Assembly: GCA_009692765.1 (NCBI GenBank)
Contig: SHYQ01000001.1
Coordinates: forward strand, 29,096-93,095
Reading direction: 5' to 3'
DNA length: 64,000 nt
Source: Dehalococcoidia bacterium
Lineage (GTDB): Bacteria; Chloroflexota; Dehalococcoidia; UBA2979
In this document: piece by piece, positions 30,543-39,964 of the stretch
How the letters are laid out: each line of letters begins with the position of its first letter
How positions within the stretch are numbered: position 1 is the stretch's first letter
Position numbers and translations under genes: made by a program
The notes under the pieces: generated by a model
Seen by the model: the letters and a program-made list of their open reading frames with translations, nothing else
Told to the model about the DNA's origin: nothing
The model's database searches: none

Positions 30543-30767
30543 GCGGATGGGGTCCTGACGATAGGCGGGTGCGTGGTGGCGGCTGGGTTCGGCGGCGCTC
30601 AGCAGCGCTCAGCAGCGCTCACTAGGGGTACGACTGCTCGGTCACGGTGATCCCATGATCACAGCCAACTCCGCCCCGCGCCAGCGGCCCCCGATTGGCT
30701 ACGAATACGACAGCCGCCTCATCGGCGGCTGCGCGGTTCGAGTGCCGTGTCCCAGGGCCGGGTTGTG

Positions 30768-30962
30768 CTAGGTGGCGGCGGTCTCGGCGGTGGCGGGCTT
30801 CTTCTTCGCCGCGGGACGCGGGACCCATCCTCGGGCGGCGGCGTTTGAGAACTCCTTCTCGGCGCCGCAATGTTTACAGGTTCCCACGCTGGTCGGGCCG
30901 CCCGGAGCGGGCAGCATGTAGTGGTGGGTTTCGCAGACCATCGCGCGCGTCTTTGTCGCCAT
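30768..30962 (-). CDS. small zinc-ribbon protein (hypothetical, 64 aa)
   Basis: ATG at 30962 preceded by a GGGGAGGG SD. CETHH...CKHCG motif. Lys-rich tail. Confidence 0.45.
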   Translation of the reverse strand: MATKTRAMVCETHHYMLPAPGGPTSVGTCKHCGAEKEFSNAAARGWVPRPAAKKKPATAETAAT

Positions 30963-31166
30963 GTGCCCTCCCCGTTTGCTAGACCTGTGTCCGTGCGTTC
31001 GGGTGTCCCCGCCCGGCGCCTCCCGAACCATAACACGTTTCCCCTCATTGACGGGTACGTAAGGGTCAGATTCTGGCGCCCGGTGACTGCCAACCTGCCG
31101 CACCGAGCGCTCGGGGGATCGCCGGCGGGGCCGCCTCGCACCGCGCCGGCCGACGGCTGGTCGGGC

Positions 31167-31636
31167 CTATGCCAGCGCCGCCTCGATCTGGTCGACGTGG
31201 CCGCCATCATGCCCGGGACCGCCGCGCACGATCATGTCTGCGACGGCCGCCTCGCCCGGCCGGAAGCCCTGCGGCATCGTGGTCGCGAGCGTGGCATCGT
31301 CGACCTGGCCGAGCGCGCCGAGGGCCGCCGCGTGTCCTGCACAGATCTCGTCGATGAGTTGCGCGACGGCGGCGTCCCGGCGCTCCTCGACCTGCCCGGC
31401 GTTGATCTCGTCGATCGTGGCGGGCGGCCCGCGGTCCCGGCCTGGAACGCACGCAGGCGCTGCACCACGCGGTCCACGCCGTTCGCGCGGGCCGCGTGGT
31501 GCGACAGGGCGTCGCGGACGTGCCACATCCCCTCCGCCAGCGATCGGTCGCCGCCGTCAATGAGGCGGAGGTGCAGCGTCGCGAGCCGGGCATCGACCCC
31601 GCGGATCGCCGCGATGATGTCGTCTCGTGTCGTCAT
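31167..31636 (-). pseudogene. DinB_2 / TIGR03083-like (mycothiol-maleylpyruvate-isomerase N-terminal domain family) protein, interrupted by a frameshift near 31435-31450
   Basis: N-terminal 65 aa (MTTRDDIIAAIRGVD...GMWHVRDALSHH...VVQRLRAF) are in one frame. The plausible continuation (PPATIDEINAGQVEERRDAAVAQLIDEICAGHAAALG...) is in another. Family assignment is tentative. Confidence 0.45.
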
Positions 31637-31705
31637 GTCCGTACTCCCTGCCCGTGGGCGCGGATGATAGCCGATTGCGCGAGGTCTGGCGGGGTGGGTG
31701 GGCGG

Positions 31706-33601
31706 CTACGAGGTGGCGGGGGCGACCTCGGTCATGTTGTCGGTGATCACGCCCGCGTCCCCGGAGGCGGCGTACGCCATCCGGTAGAGCCGGGCGTAGA
31801 CACCGTCCCGCGCGAGCAACTGCGCGTGGTTGCCCTGCTCGATGATGTGCCCGCGCTCCAGCACGACGATGCGCGTGGCGTCGCGGATCGTGGAGAGGCG
31901 GTGCGCGATCACGAAGGAGGTGCGGCCCCGCAGCATCTCGCGCAGCGCCGTCTGGATGATCACCTCGGTCTGCGTGTCGACGTTCGCGGTCGCCTCGTCG
32001 AGCACGAGGATGCGCGGGTTGGCCAGCAGCGCCCGCGCGAAGGAGATCAGCTGGCGCTGGCCCACCGACAGGTTGTGCGCCCGCTCCGCGAGCGTGGTGT
32101 CGTAGCCCTGCGGCAGGCGGCGGATGAACCCGTCCGCGCCCACCAGTCCCGCGGTCGCCTCCACCTCTTCGTCGGTCGCGTCTAGACGACCGTAGCGGAT
32201 GTTGTCGCGGATCGTGCCGGAGAACAGGAACGGGTCCTGGAGCACCACGCCCATCTGGCGGTGGAGTTCGGACAGCTTCACGTCGCGCACGTCCACGCCA
32301 TCGATGCGGATCGCGCCCCGGGTCACGTCGTAGTAGCGACCGATGAGGTTCGTCATGGTGCTCTTGCCGGCGCCCGTCTGGCCGACGAAGGCGATCGTCT
32401 CGCCGGGCGCGACGTGCAGATCGATGTGCTGCAACACCGGCCGGCCCGCCACGTAGGCGAACGTCACGTCGTCGAAGTCCACGCGGCCCTGCACGTCGAA
32501 CACCCGCGCGTCCTCGCGGTCCACGACCTCCGGCTTTGTGTCGAGGACCTCGATGATGCGTTGGCCGCCGGCCATCGCGCGCTGGATCTGCGTGTACTGG
32601 AGCACCAGGTCGCGCACCGGGTCGAAGAAGCGCGAGATGTACAGCACGAACGCCGTCACCACGCCGATGGTGACTTCCCCCTGCGCGACGCGCATCCCGC
32701 CCACCAACAGCACGAGGCCCGTGGACAGCGCAACCACGCCCTCCACGATCGGCAAGACGGCCGCGGACAACCGGCCGGCGGAGACGTTCGCGCGCAGGTT
32801 CCGCTGGTTGATGATGTCGAAGCGGCGTGCGTTCTCGCCCTCGCGCGACAGCGACTGGATGACGCGCACGCCGGAGACGTTCTCGTTCAGCGTTGCATTG
32901 ACGGTGGAGATCGTCTGGCGGACCTCGACGAACGCCATCCGCGCCCGTCGCTGCCACACGATCATGACGCCCACCAGGATCGGCATGCTGGCGAACGTCA
33001 CGAGGGCGAGTTCGACGTCCCGCTGGATCAGCACGGCGACCACGATGAACAGGACGATGATGTCCGAGAGGATCGTCAGGCTGCCGGTGGTGAGCAGTTC
33101 CTGCAACGCCGTCACGTCGCTCGTGACGCGCGACATGATCCGGCCCACCTCGTGCCGGTCGATGAACGACAACGACAACTTCTGGATGTGTCCGAACATC
33201 TCGGTGCGGAGACGGTAGAGGATGCGGTGCCCGATGTACCCCGTCTGCGTCTGTTGCAGGTAGTGGAACATCCACGAGATGGCGACGAGGCCGACGAGGC
33301 CAAACACCATCCGCGACAGGCCGGGAAGGTCGCCACGGACCACGGCGTCCACCGCGAAGCCGACGAGCAGCGGCTGGATCGTCGTCGTCAGTGAGAACCC
33401 GATGACGCCGAGGAGGGCGAACGCCACGCGCACGCGGTAGGGCTTCAGGTAGGGCGCAAGGCGGGAGACCACTTCGCCGTCGTAGATCTTGCCAAGGTCG
33501 TCGTCGTTCCAGCCGTCCAGGCCGCGGCGGAAGTCGCCGCCGTGCCCGGTGGCGCTGGTACTCCACCCGCCCGCCTGACCGCCGCCGCCGCCGAAACCCA
33601 T
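31706..33601 (-). CDS. ABC exporter, fused permease/ATPase (MsbA-like), subunit 1
   Basis: 6-TM domain plus Walker A (GQTGAGKST), signature (LSVGQRQ), Walker B (LVLDEAT). Confidence 0.85.
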   Translation of the reverse strand: MGFGGGGGQAGGWSTSATGHGGDFRRGLDGWNDDDLGKIYDGEVVSRLAPYLKPYRVRVAFALLGVIGFSLTTTIQPLLVGFAVDAVVRGDLPGLSRMVFGLVGLVAISWMFHYLQQTQTGYIGHRILYRLRTEMFGHIQKLSLSFIDRHEVGRIMSRVTSDVTALQELLTTGSLTILSDIIVLFIVVAVLIQRDVELALVTFASMPILVGVMIVWQRRARMAFVEVRQTISTVNATLNENVSGVRVIQSLSREGENARRFDIINQRNLRANVSAGRLSAAVLPIVEGVVALSTGLVLLVGGMRVAQGEVTIGVVTAFVLYISRFFDPVRDLVLQYTQIQRAMAGGQRIIEVLDTKPEVVDREDARVFDVQGRVDFDDVTFAYVAGRPVLQHIDLHVAPGETIAFVGQTGAGKSTMTNLIGRYYDVTRGAIRIDGVDVRDVKLSELHRQMGVVLQDPFLFSGTIRDNIRYGRLDATDEEVEATAGLVGADGFIRRLPQGYDTTLAERAHNLSVGQRQLISFARALLANPRILVLDEATANVDTQTEVIIQTALREMLRGRTSFVIAHRLSTIRDATRIVVLERGHIIEQGNHAQLLARDGVYARLYRMAYAASGDAGVITDNMTEVAPATS

Positions 33602-33637
33602 GCTCGCCTCGCCCTCTCCGTGCAGCCAGCGGTGCCG

Positions 33638-35449
33638 CTATGCGTCGGCCGCGCCCGCGCCCGCGCCCGCGCCCACGGAGGCCTCGAAGGCCTCCTCTTG
33701 GTCGCGCAGCTCGAGTTCGTAGATCCGCTGGTACAGGCCGCCGCCGCGCGCTAGGTCCTGGTGACGCCCGCGCTCCACGATCGCGCCGCGGTCGAGCACG
33801 AGGATCGTGTCCGCGGCCTTCACCGTGCGCAGACGCTGGGCGATGACGAACGTCGTGCGCCCCTCCATCAGCTCGGCGAGCGCCTGCTGGATCAGGTACT
33901 CCGTCTCCATGTCCACGCTGGAGGTCGAGTCGTCGAAGATCAGGATCGCCGGGTCCAGCAGCAGCGTGCGCGCAATCGAGATCCGCTGCTTCTGGCCCCC
34001 GGACAGCGTGACGCCGCGCTCGCCGACCCAGGTGTCGTAGCCGTCCGGCAGCGAGAGGATGAACTCGTGGATGCGCGCCACCCGCGCGGCGTCCTCCACC
34101 TCCCCGTCGGTCGCCTCCAGCCTCCCGTAGCGGATGTTCTCGCGGATAGTGTCGATGAAAAGGAACACGTCCTGCTGGACGATGCCGATCTGGCCGCGGA
34201 GCGACTCGATCGTCAGGTCGCGGATGTCGAGCCCGTCCATCAACACGCGCCCCGCCGTGACGTCGTAGAACCGGGGCATCAGGTTCACCAGCGACGACTT
34301 GCCGGAGCCGGTCGGGCCCACCAGGGCGACGATCTCGCCCGGGTGCGAGGTGAAGGTCACGTCGTGCAACACCGGGGTCTGCGCGTTGTAGCCGAACGAC
34401 ACGTGCTCGAAGCGCACCTCGCCCCGAGCGCGCCCCCGCGCCGCCACGAGGACGACCGCGTCCGGCCTCTCCAGCACGGCGCTCTCCGCGTCCAGGATGT
34501 CGTAGATCCGTTGCCCGGCGCTGATCGTGCGGCTGAAGATGTTGATCATGAACCCCAGCATGCGCACCGGCTGCTGCAACAACTGGAGGTAGACGATGAA
34601 CGCCACCAGTTCGCCGGGCGTGATCCGCCCCGCGATCACCTCGCGTCCGCCGAACGCCAGCGTCGAGGCGATCGCGAGCCCGCCGAGGGCGGTGAGCAGC
34701 GGCCCGTTGACCGCCTGGAACTGGTTCGTGCGGTAGGAGTGCTTGAAGAGCGCCTCCGCCTCGACCTCGAACTTGCGGGCCTCGAAGTCCTCGCGGCTGA
34801 ACGCCTTGACCACGCGCACGCCGGAGAGATTCTCATGGAGCACGTTGCTCATGCGGCCCTGGCCGTCCTGCACCAGCTGCCACAGCGGGCGCAGGCGCAT
34901 GCTCATGTAGATCGAGATCGCCGCCATCACCGGCAGGAAGGTCCACGACACCAGCGTGAGCATGGCGCTGGTGCGCAGCATCAGCGCCAGCGTCACGAAC
35001 AGCAGGATGAGGATCGCACCGGCGCGGATCAGCCCCATGTTGATGTACTGGCGCATCGCCTCCACGTCCTGCGTGGCGCGCGACATGATCTGCCCGATCT
35101 GCGCCTGGTCGTGGTAGGCGAACGAGAGATTCTGGAGTCGCTCGTAGATCGCGTTGCGGATCGTGTAGGCCACCGACTGCGACAGTTTCTCGCCGAGGTA
35201 CTGCTGGGAGTACGCGAACACGCCGCGCAGCAGGGCCGCGCCCATGATCAGCCCGAACCCCATCACTAGCGGGTTCCAGGCCACGGCCCCGCCGCTCGCC
35301 TGCGAGTGGATCGCGCTGTCGAGCGCGAAGCCGATGATCTGCGGCACCACCAGCGAGAAGGCGCTGGCGCCGACCATCATGCACAGCGTGACGAGCAGCA
35401 GCCCGCGGAAGGGCCCGAGGAAACCGAGCAGTCGAATCAGGACGCGCAT
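33638..35449 (-). CDS. ABC exporter, fused permease/ATPase, subunit 2 (heterodimer partner)
   Basis: Start at MRVLIRLLGF. GPTGSGKSS, LSGGQKQR, LIFDDSTS. Adjacent to subunit 1. Confidence 0.85.
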   Translation of the reverse strand: MRVLIRLLGFLGPFRGLLLVTLCMMVGASAFSLVVPQIIGFALDSAIHSQASGGAVAWNPLVMGFGLIMGAALLRGVFAYSQQYLGEKLSQSVAYTIRNAIYERLQNLSFAYHDQAQIGQIMSRATQDVEAMRQYINMGLIRAGAILILLFVTLALMLRTSAMLTLVSWTFLPVMAAISIYMSMRLRPLWQLVQDGQGRMSNVLHENLSGVRVVKAFSREDFEARKFEVEAEALFKHSYRTNQFQAVNGPLLTALGGLAIASTLAFGGREVIAGRITPGELVAFIVYLQLLQQPVRMLGFMINIFSRTISAGQRIYDILDAESAVLERPDAVVLVAARGRARGEVRFEHVSFGYNAQTPVLHDVTFTSHPGEIVALVGPTGSGKSSLVNLMPRFYDVTAGRVLMDGLDIRDLTIESLRGQIGIVQQDVFLFIDTIRENIRYGRLEATDGEVEDAARVARIHEFILSLPDGYDTWVGERGVTLSGGQKQRISIARTLLLDPAILIFDDSTSSVDMETEYLIQQALAELMEGRTTFVIAQRLRTVKAADTILVLDRGAIVERGRHQDLARGGGLYQRIYELELRDQEEAFEASVGAGAGAGAADA

Positions 35450-35588
35450 GGCGCTCTTTCCCGGGCGTTGGGGGCAGTTCCCTGATGATCCTTCGTGATT
35501 CGTGGTGAGAATGCACTCTAACGTGCGCGTGAGGGTTCCCGCAACCGCTATACCCGCTGGACGGCGCTCTCCGGCGCTCCCTGGCGCG

Positions 35589-36434
35589 CTACAGCGCAGG
35601 GAGACTCGCGGCCGCCTCGCGCACGCGCCGTCGCCGAGCGGCGTGGTCGGGCAGCAGGCCGGCCACGGCGCTCCAGAACCCCGACCCGTGGTTCGGCACG
35701 GCGAGGTGGACGAGTTCGTGGACCACGACATAATCTAGGAATTCCGGCGCGAGCATCACGAGCCGCCAGTTGAATCGCAGCGTCCCGTCCGGCGAGCAGG
35801 AGCCCCAGCGCTGGTGCTGGTTCCGGATCAGCACGCGCCGCGGCACGAGCCCGGTGATCGCCGTCCAGCGTCCCACGCTCGCCTCGATCGCCGCCCGCGC
35901 GCGCTCCGCGTACCAGCGCGTGACGGCGCGCTCGATCGCGCGGATCCGGCGCGCCCCCTCGTAGCGTGCGGGGGCCGTGATGCTGAGGTCGAAGAGCCCG
36001 CGGGTTACCGTGGCGCTGCGTGTGCGGCGCGCGCTCACGAAGAGCGGCAGCGCGCGGCCCTCGAACGGGATTACCTCGCCGGTGACGTACGCGAGCGGCG
36101 GCGTGGCGACCGGGCGGTGCCTGGCGATCCACGGTGCGCGTTCGCGCACGAACGCCTCGATCTCCCGGAGGGGCGTCCGGAGCGGGGCGCGGACGCGGAC
36201 ACCGTGGGCATCGACCGTCAGTTGCAGCGTGCGCCGGCGGCGAGCGCTGCGCACCACCTCGTACTCGATGGGCTCGATCGCAGCGCTGGGGTGCACGCCC
36301 GCCTGCACGATGACGCCACGCTCCGGCTCCACCGTCGTATCCGCGGCGCCCGCGCCTCCCGCGCCTGTCCGTCGCGCCACGGGTTGCTCCCTCGCCCGGC
36401 CTCCGCGGATCCCCGGTGCAGGCGCCCGGGCCAC
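35589..36434 (-). CDS. M48/YgjP-family (DUF45) metal-dependent hydrolase
   Basis: HELVHLAVPNHG zincin motif near the C-terminus. Start codon uncertain. Confidence 0.7.
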   Translation of the reverse strand: MARAPAPGIRGGRAREQPVARRTGAGGAGAADTTVEPERGVIVQAGVHPSAAIEPIEYEVVRSARRRRTLQLTVDAHGVRVRAPLRTPLREIEAFVRERAPWIARHRPVATPPLAYVTGEVIPFEGRALPLFVSARRTRSATVTRGLFDLSITAPARYEGARRIRAIERAVTRWYAERARAAIEASVGRWTAITGLVPRRVLIRNQHQRWGSCSPDGTLRFNWRLVMLAPEFLDYVVVHELVHLAVPNHGSGFWSAVAGLLPDHAARRRRVREAAASLPAL

Positions 36435-36766
36435 CTGAGGGTACCCCCGATCGCCTGGAACGGCGGTGGTGGCTGCGGCGCGCGCGTCGGGAACTCCGGT
36501 CGCGGCGTCGCGGAAGCGCGGGTTTCCCCCGCCGCCGCCGGCGCGAGGCGCGGGGCGTCCGGCCGATGATTGATGCAGAGCGGACGCCGTCGGGACGCGT
36601 GCCGTGATGCGAGATGATGGCAGGCGGGGGCCGATGCACGAGCAACAGCGGGCACGGGCCGGCGGCGCGAGGCTTCATCGCTGGTTCACGGCGACGTTCG
36701 CCATCGTGGGCCACAGCATGTTCGTGAGCGGGTTGTTCGTGCTCGCGGCGGCCGGGCGCGTACCCG

Positions 36767-37012
36767 ATGCTGACGAATCTGTTCATCCTCGGTGCCGCCG
36801 TGGTGCTCAGTCTGCCGCTGCTCGCGATCACGGTCGTCGTGGCCGGGAGCGAGGCGTTGCTCGGGCGTGCGTGGGCGAACGGCCTGCACCGCCTAGCGGG
36901 CGGCGACCGACGCCTCCGCGCGACCTCGATCCGCGCGCTGCGGTACGCCTCCGTCCTCTGGACCGCTAACGGCGCGGCGATGTGGCTGGCGACGCTCCTC
37001 GCCCAGCTCTAG
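36767..37012 (+). CDS. small hydrophobic membrane protein (hypothetical). May be the frameshifted continuation of the upstream ORF 36634..36760
   Basis: 81-aa ORF with two TM-like segments. The preceding ORF in another frame also encodes a TM helix (FAIVGHSMFVSGLFVLAAAG). Confidence 0.3.
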   Translation: MLTNLFILGAAVVLSLPLLAITVVVAGSEALLGRAWANGLHRLAGGDRRLRATSIRALRYASVLWTANGAAMWLATLLAQL

Positions 37013-37214
37013 CAGCGCTCCACCGCCGCCCGCTCGCGCCATTGCCCGCGCGGATGGGCCAGTGCCCAATGCTCCGGTCGGACGAACACGGGCCGCCCTC
37101 GCCCCGTTGTCAGGGAGAGGCGCGCAACCACTGCGCCTATCATGGTTGTACCGTCAGTACCCCACCTGCTGGCCCACTCCATCCGCTCGTAGTGCTCCGT
37201 GGAAGGCGAGGGGT

Positions 37215-39257
37215 ATGGCCGCATCCCGTAGCGAGGTCTCCCGCAGCGACGTCTCGGTTCTGATTGCCCGGCGTCCCCTTTGGCGTCGGGGGCGGGTGGT
37301 CGCCTCGGTCGTGCTGATCGGGTTCCTCGCCGGCCTCGGCTACTACGGCTTCCTGCGGAGCAGGCCGGCTGCCCCCATCAGCACCACCCAGGAGGTCAAA
37401 GTCACGCTCGGGTCGCTCTCGACCACGCTGTCGGCCTCCGGGACGGCCGCCGCCGAGCAGTCGACGCCGCTGACGTTCTCTACCGGCGGCGTCGTGACGC
37501 AGGTGCTCGTGCGGCTGGGCGACGAGGTGAAGTCGGGCCAGGCCCTGGTCCGCCTGGATCCGCGCGACCCCGCGCGTAGCGTGGAGACGGCGCGGTCGAG
37601 CCTCGACCTAGCACGGCTGCGGCTGAAGCAGCTGCTGGAGCCGAACGCGATCGAGCGGACCGCGATGCAACAGACGCTGGTGGGCGCACGGACGCAACTC
37701 GAGAGCGCCGAGGCGGCGTACGCGAGTCTCGGCAAGCCCACCGCGTCGGAACTCATTGCCGCTCAGAACGCGGTCGCGTCGGCTCAGGCCTCCGTGCGGT
37801 CGGCGCAGAACAGCGTGGACTCGTCCCGGTCCAGCCTTTCCCTGGCGCAGACCGGCTACTGCAGCCTCTGGCTGGAGGCGACGATCGGTGTCTGCACCCC
37901 GGACAGGCTTCCGATCTCCGCCGAGTTCGTGGCGATGCTGCAGACGAGCATTGAGCGCGGGACCACGGTCCCGACGACGAGCCTCACCTCGGCCGTGATC
38001 TCGCTGATCTCCGCGAACGCCTTGTACACCAACGCGCTTGCGAACAAGGGGACGGCCGCCAACGCGCTCGTGGCGGCGGAGGTGAAGTTGCGGGAGCTCA
38101 CCGCGCCGACCGCCGAGGCGATCCGGAGCGCGCAGGCCGCGATCCAGAATGCGCGCGCTGCATACGACTCGGCGCTGGCGAAGGCCGACGCGCTCGGCAA
38201 GCCCACAGATGTGGACCTCGGGCTCCAGCAGCAGGCCGTGCGGACGGCGGAGATCGCGCTGCAGCAGGCGCAGGACGCGTTGAACGACACTACGCTCGCC
38301 GCGCCGTTCGGGGGCAAGGTGGGGTCGGTCACCGCGATCGTCGGCCAGCGCATCGGCAGCGGGGCGGCGGCCGTGGTGCTCTCCAACCCCGACGCGATCC
38401 GGCTGGACCTCACCATCTCCGAGACCGACCTGGTGAACGTGAAGGCCGGAATGATCGGCGTCGCGCGCTTCGACTCGCTACCGCGGAGCGCCTATGTGGT
38501 GCGGGTGGTCGGGGTGAGCGCGGTCCCCGTGGTGACGCAGGGCGTGGTGACGTACCCGGTACAGGCGGCGATCCTTCGAGGCAGCGCGCTCAATGACATC
38601 CGCGAGCAGTTGCCGGCGCTGACGCGTGCGCTGACCAGCGGTGCCGCCGGCGCTCAATTCGGCGCGCTCCTCGGCACCGGCGGCGCGGGCGGCGGCCCGC
38701 AGGCGCAGCAAGGGCAGCGAGGCCCGGGAGCGGGCCCGGGTGCTGGTGCGCCGGGCACGCGAGGGCCGGGCGGCGGCGCCGCCTCGACCACGACCGGGAT
38801 CCCGACCGGCAGCGGCACGCCAACGAGCACGGGGACACCCGGAGCGGGCGGCGCGGGCGGTGCGGGTGGCCTAGGCGGAGGCACGGGTGGTGGGGCGGGC
38901 ATTCAGGCGCTGCTGAACCCGCCGCTTCCGACGGCCGGCATGAACGCCTCCGTCACGCTGCTCGTGAGCTCCCTCGAGAACCAGTTGTTGGTCCCGACGG
39001 GCGCGGTCCGGCGGCAGGGCAACCAGAGCTTCGTCTACCTGCCGGGGACCGCGGGCGGGCCGCCGGTGCAGAAGCAGGTGGTCGCCGCCGGCACCGACGG
39101 CACGAACACCGCGATCGCGAGCGGGCTCGCCGAGGGTGACGTGGTGCTCCTCGGCGCGATCGGTACGGCGACGCCGGCGGCGTCGCGCACGAACGCACCG
39201 GGCGGCATCGGGGGCGGCCCGGGCGGTGGCCCGGGCGGCGGGGGTGGCATCCGGTGA
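37215..39257 (+). CDS. efflux periplasmic adaptor (HlyD/MacA-like membrane fusion protein) with long Gly/Pro/Thr-rich low-complexity inserts
   Basis: N-terminal TM anchor, coiled-coil region, beta-barrel/lipoyl motifs (GQALVRLDP...TTLAAPFGGKVGSV). ~90-aa G/P/T-rich segment and a GGGPGGG tail. Confidence 0.7.
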   Translation: MAASRSEVSRSDVSVLIARRPLWRRGRVVASVVLIGFLAGLGYYGFLRSRPAAPISTTQEVKVTLGSLSTTLSASGTAAAEQSTPLTFSTGGVVTQVLVRLGDEVKSGQALVRLDPRDPARSVETARSSLDLARLRLKQLLEPNAIERTAMQQTLVGARTQLESAEAAYASLGKPTASELIAAQNAVASAQASVRSAQNSVDSSRSSLSLAQTGYCSLWLEATIGVCTPDRLPISAEFVAMLQTSIERGTTVPTTSLTSAVISLISANALYTNALANKGTAANALVAAEVKLRELTAPTAEAIRSAQAAIQNARAAYDSALAKADALGKPTDVDLGLQQQAVRTAEIALQQAQDALNDTTLAAPFGGKVGSVTAIVGQRIGSGAAAVVLSNPDAIRLDLTISETDLVNVKAGMIGVARFDSLPRSAYVVRVVGVSAVPVVTQGVVTYPVQAAILRGSALNDIREQLPALTRALTSGAAGAQFGALLGTGGAGGGPQAQQGQRGPGAGPGAGAPGTRGPGGGAASTTTGIPTGSGTPTSTGTPGAGGAGGAGGLGGGTGGGAGIQALLNPPLPTAGMNASVTLLVSSLENQLLVPTGAVRRQGNQSFVYLPGTAGGPPVQKQVVAAGTDGTNTAIASGLAEGDVVLLGAIGTATPAASRTNAPGGIGGGPGGGPGGGGGIR

Positions 39258-39964
39258 TCGAACTCCAGGAGGTCGCGAAGACGTACGTGACGGGCGCGGG
39301 CCCGGTCCACGCGTTGCGCGGCGCCGACCTGAAGATCACGCGTGGCGAGTTTGTAGCGATCATGGGGCAGTCTGGCTCCGGCAAGACCACGATGATGAAC
39401 ATCCTGGGCCTGCTGGACCGGCCCACAGGCGGTCGCTACCTGCTGGAGGGCAGCGACGTGAGCGACCTGGACGCCGACGAGCGCGCTCGCCTGCGCGGGC
39501 GCGAGTTCGGGTTCGTCTTCCAGGCGTACAACCTCGTCCCGCGCCTGAGCGCGATCGAGCAGGTGGAGCTTCCGCTGGTCTACCAGGGCGCGAAGGACCG
39601 GCGCGAGCGCGCGGCGGCGGCGCTCGAACGCGTCGGGCTGTCGGTCGAGTTCCACCGGCGCGGGCCGACGCAACTGTCTGGGGGTCAGCAGCAGCGTGTA
39701 GCCATCGCGCGGTCGATCGTCGTCGAACCGCGCGTGATCCTCGCGGATGAGCCGACGGGCGCGCTGGACACGGCGACGAGCGCGGAGGTCATGGCGCTGT
39801 TCCGTGACCTGGTGCAGCGCCACGGCATCACGGTGATCATCGTGACGCACGAGGCGGAGATCGCCGCGCTGACCGACCGCATCGTGCGCATGGTGGACGG
39901 CCGGATCGTGGGCGACGTCGAGACGAGGCTGCTGGCGCGCGGACAGCAGGAGGCGAGCGCATGA
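39254..39964 (+). CDS. ABC transporter ATP-binding protein (MacB/LolD-type)
   Basis: GQSGSGKTT, LSGGQQQRVAIAR, ILADEPTGALD. GTGA overlap with the adaptor gene. Confidence 0.9.
   Translation: MIELQEVAKTYVTGAGPVHALRGADLKITRGEFVAIMGQSGSGKTTMMNILGLLDRPTGGRYLLEGSDVSDLDADERARLRGREFGFVFQAYNLVPRLSAIEQVELPLVYQGAKDRRERAAAALERVGLSVEFHRRGPTQLSGGQQQRVAIARSIVVEPRVILADEPTGALDTATSAEVMALFRDLVQRHGITVIIVTHEAEIAALTDRIVRMVDGRIVGDVETRLLARGQQEASA

Noticed and set aside
36604-36969. 121-aa ORF as an independent gene
   Set aside because: Only its first ~50 codons look protein-like (one TM helix). The rest is Arg/Pro-rich GC artefact overlapping the better 36767-37012 ORF. More likely a frameshifted N-terminus or non-coding.
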